Positions 60,031-64,000 of a DNA stretch of 64,000 nucleotides are shown piece by piece. The notes below the pieces were generated by a model. That model made no database searches and had not been told where the DNA came from. It was given only the letters and a program-made list of their open reading frames with translations. A program made the position numbers and the translations under genes. Within the stretch, counting starts at the first letter, position 1; each line of letters begins with the position of its first letter. Source of the DNA: Lama glama (taxonomy: Eukaryota); the NCBI GenBank assembly GCA_028534125.1, contig CM052841.1, positions 65,348,001-65,412,000 on the forward strand. The letters run 5' to 3'.

Positions 60031-62930
60031 AGATGAAAGGAAACGCCCCCCCACACGCACACACACGCACGCAGACACGTGCATGCACACACACACACGC
60101 ACACTTAGCTTTCCTTATGACAGAAAAGATACAAAGGAGGAGGAAGAAAATGGGGCTGGAGGAGGGACTTTCTAGAAGTAAAGGAAACAGCGTAGTTGTG
60201 AGCTTTTCTGTGATCACACCACACTCCCAACTTCTCACACAAGGCATTTGGTCTCCTGGTCTTGTTAAAAGGATCTTGGGATGATAAATCAAAATGGCAG
60301 AAGCTCTGGAACAAAGGGGGAAAATCCCCGCACAACAATTAACAACATGATCCCCCCTTTCAAGAAAAAGCAGGTCCTCCATCTGCCTGTCCGAACGCGG
60401 CCCCATTGCTCATTAACACTAAGGAGGCTCCTGGAGAGCTTGCAGAGCCTGGCAAGCAACAGGCTGCTGAAAAAGACACAAAGTGACAATACTTCCCCGA
60501 CCCCAGCGCCAGCTATTACAGCCAGCGGGTCTCAGACGCCCGAAGTGTCAGGCTGAGGCAGACAGTCAGGGCAGAAATAGAAGGGACCCTGAGAGGGAAG
60601 GAAGAGCTCATCACTGGGGAGCCTGGGCTCGCTTCCAGAAATGGAGGGACATGAGCGCCCACCCAGTCTTTTTCAATAATATCTTCAAGCAGCACAAAGA
60701 AAGAGATGAGACCAGCAGAGGCTCGGCCCCCGGATGTGACCTGGACCAGCAGGTGAACGTGCACCGAGGGGTTTCGAGAAATCGGACTGCGGCAAGTGAG
60801 AGCTTGCTTGTCATGGGCACCCGGGACCAGCAGGGGCAGGGGCACGGGGTCTGTGCTCTGCCAAGTCAGCGGTGCTCTTCGCCGAGCTGACATCACCTGC
60901 CTGCAGGTATCAGCCAGGCAGAACAAGGGAAGTCCTCCATTTCAGAAGAAGGAACTTTTCTTCTGTAAAGCCACTAAAAACACCAAAACAAAACATGGCA
61001 CTTCAAACAGCTGGAGCTTTCTTTGAGACAGAAGGCTCACCCGTGTCTGCAATACGTGGTAGCACTTAGACACTAGGAGTCTCGACTGTTTCCCACCAGG
61101 GGTAAATTCAGCGTCTTAAGGGTCAACAGTGAAACATTTTGTTCCGATCCTAATCCAGACTCCAACACCCAGGTTCCTAGTGCCTTCTGTTTCGATACAG
61201 TCACTCTTCAGATGACCCCATACATGCGAAAACGTGAACTCGCTCCCAAAGAGCAAATGTATTCATCTCAGACTCTCTCAGTCTTCAGAAAAAGACATAC
61301 ATCGGTGGTTCTTAACACCGAGTTTCTTGGGCCCCAGCCATCCACCCATTTAACCCACAAACACCGAGAGCCCACTGCAGGCCTGCCCTGGGCCAACACT
61401 GGGACGGGACTGCACGAGTCCCCGTGCTCACCAGCTCACGGCCTGCTGGGAAGACACCTAGACCCCTGGCGATGAGTGCGATAAAGAAATACAGGATGCA
61501 CAGGGGCTGCCCGTGGGGAAGAACCCGGGCTTCTGTTTCCTGAAAGAAAGAAACTGAAGCTGAGACATAAGAAGGGATGAGTCGAAGTCAGGGTGGGGTG
61601 TCCCAGGCAGCGGGAACGCATGGTCCAAGACCCCAAAACCAGAAAATGCAAGAACAGCACCTTCAAGGAGCTGCCAGAGGGGCCTGTTTGGCTGAAGGAC
61701 AGGGAGCAAGAGGGAGAGGGGGACAGAGGAGACAGGAAGGGGTCAGGCTCCAGGAGTATCACTGGCCGTGGGATTCTGCAGATTTCTTCATTAAGCAGGT
61801 TACCCGGACTCACTGTCACTTTCAACCTGGCATTTAAAGTTTTATAGCAAACACAAGCCTCTGACTAGGGAAGGGCTACCTGATCGACTCAGAGCTCCTG
61901 AGGAGGCAAGCATTCCAGGGGTCTGTCCTCAGATGCGAATGATGAGGGTTGGCAGAACCGCTGTCCGTTTGCAAACGCGCGCGCGCACGTGAGAATCGGC
62001 ACAGTCTGATCAGGAGGTGGCCGGGCGGCCGTCCTGCAGATGCTCAGAGACACCCAAGCTGCACTCACTCACAGGCTCTCAACTTGGAAAGAAAGCAGTC
62101 TGGAGTGACAGTTCCTTAAAGAGCCATCGCAGTAAGTGAGGCCCGGACAGGCATTCAAATGGCTCACGTCTTTGTTCCTACCCAGCGCGTGTTCGTGGGA
62201 TTCCTAAATTTATAGTGCAATTTCATTACCGAATACACAGGGGTTTCTCAAATAACCGGCTGGGGACTGAGTTACTTCTTCCGACATGGCACAAATAGTG
62301 AAGGCACTTTAATCTTAGGAGGGAGCAGCAACTCGGGGGAAGTGAGTCCCCAGAGAAGCAGGGACGTTGAAGGTGTGAGTTTTCAATTTCAAAAGAGCAC
62401 AAGAGGCATGCACGGAAAATGTCCAAGCGGCGCTGGAGGAGGGAGCTACCCAAGCCCGCGAAGCCTGAGGCCGAGGGAACTGGCCCTGAGAACTGCAGGC
62501 CGAATGACAGTTTCAGACAATAGCGAGTAAAGTCTGTCCAAGCCCAGCTATTTTCATTTAAGAAAAAGCTGAGCGGAAGCAGGTAGCATGATTCTGCCAC
62601 GGAAAGGCTTTCTCAGCTCTAATTACTCCCGATAGCTGTAATTTACAAGTTTCTGGTGGACAGAAATCGCCGAGATTCACACGTTTTCAGATCAACAGCT
62701 GCCACTATTAGTGAGCAAATCGCCAAGTCTTCTGCACGGCGGCAGCCGGCTCTCTGTGGCAGTCAGGTGACAAACCAGGCGGGTAAAGAGACCAGCCACA
62801 CCAAGCAACCCCCGGGGTTTCCGCTCCCCGTGGGGCCAGCTGCAAGGCACATCGCCGTTGGGAGACAAAAAATGCCCACCACGGTCACACGAATCTTCAA
62901 CCCTCCCATGGAGCGCAGCACCATACATAC

Positions 62931-62990
62931 CGTGCAGAGGAGGACGCCCGCTTTGGAACGTGAGAATTCTTGAAACACGGCCGTTCTTTC
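62931..62990 (-). CDS. DDX31: DDX31 coding exon (most 5' exon in the window; gene continues past the right edge)
   Basis: Acceptor TTTCTGTAG|GAA and donor ACG|GTATGT, 60 nt. Translates ERTAVFQEFSRSKAGVLLCT and joins in frame to DVAARGLD. Confidence 0.96.
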
Positions 62991-63539
62991 CTACAGAAAC
63001 AAGGAGAAACAGGGCCTTACAAGTCCGAGTCCGATTCCAGCGGGGAGGCTTAGGTGCTCATGACTCTCCCAGTTTTCTACCGCTCCTGTAACTATTTTTA
63101 GGCACAGAGAGGCTTTGCCAAGAAAGAGGAAGAATTGAGTTCCACAGGACTAGACCCCTCAGGCTGTGGCAAAGGCGGGGCTCTGAGGGCAGCACGTTTC
63201 TGTAAGACAACAGGGCGAGGCCAGGGGTGGGCGATAGGACCCTCCAGAAACAGCCAATATCAAGAGCGGGGAGGGGGGAGGGCCAGAGGTCACAGGTCAT
63301 TGCACTCAAGGCCCCCAACTCAGAATTTATTCCAATACTTTTCCTACGAGAGGCGTGGAGGCTGAAGAGCAGCCAACCTTCCCTCCAGGATGATTTTTTT
63401 AAAACCTGATTTTTAAAAATACTTCAAAATGATAAAAACCATATATTTTAACTGTACCAAAATTATATTTCAAGTCAAAGGAAGAACATTTAACATCCTA
63501 CTGCTCAAAACAAACCACCACTGCTGGCAACGCTTTCTA

Positions 63540-63990
63540 TCCTGAGCCCCTTTCTATGCAAAACATAACCAAATACGGGGCTTTAAAAAAATCGGCACCA
63601 TGGGTCTTGTACTAACGTGCTCTCATGATGTGCTGACAGAATGTGAACATCTTTTCATGCTGATAAATATCCCCAAACCACATCTTCTCCTGTGATGACA
63701 CTGCATTCAGTGGGATAGGTGCCCCATCCCCATGTGACCAACACCCCACTACTGGCAACTCAGCCCGTCTGCATGGCTGATAACCACAAACAACACTGCG
63801 GCGAACGTGTTTGTAGGTGAGTCACTGCGCACACGCCCAATATTCCCTCGGGGTCAATACCTAAAGGCAGACTTGCTAGACCAAAAGGCCCAGGACGTGA
63901 CCTTGCAGGGGGCACACTGGGGCTGCGTTCAAGTCACGGTGTTGTAATCAGCTGACACTTGGCTGTGCCCATCAGCAACAAAAAAAAAGG
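63540..63990 (-). mobile_element. Ancient L1M fragment
   Basis: ACAAACAACACTGCGGCGAAC, TACCTAAAGGCAGACTTGCTAG and GGTGTTGTAATC resemble a reversed old L1 3' region. Confidence 0.5.
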
Positions 63991-64000
63991 GAAATATAAC

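Overview
Mammalian genomic window, most likely from a camelid because it carries tRNA-derived Vic-1-type SINEs. It matches the BARHL1-DDX31 locus (human 9q34.13, from recall). The + strand holds the three-exon homeobox gene BARHL1: exon 1 is partly inside an N-gap (visible 9534-9891), exon 2 is 13777-13999, and exon 3 CDS is 15627-15921 with AATAAA at 16599, all within CpG-rich sequence. The - strand holds the last seven coding exons of the DEAD-box helicase DDX31 (62931-62990 down to the stop at 21023), all with GT-AG sites and matching phases, tail-to-tail with BARHL1. The rest is intronic or intergenic, with a MER41-like solo LTR, SINEs, MIR, L2 and L1 relics, microsatellites and five assembly gaps. 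I found no new coding system. The most interesting signals are a frame-switched DDX31 C-terminal tail, a MER41-like LTR with an intact GAS motif, and candidate BARHL1 regulatory modules (a 3' E-box cluster, an inverted homeodomain-site pair, an 18-bp forkhead palindrome, a Pumilio element, and motif-dense blocks in DDX31 introns). Human protein and repeat-family comparisons are from memory, not from a database search.
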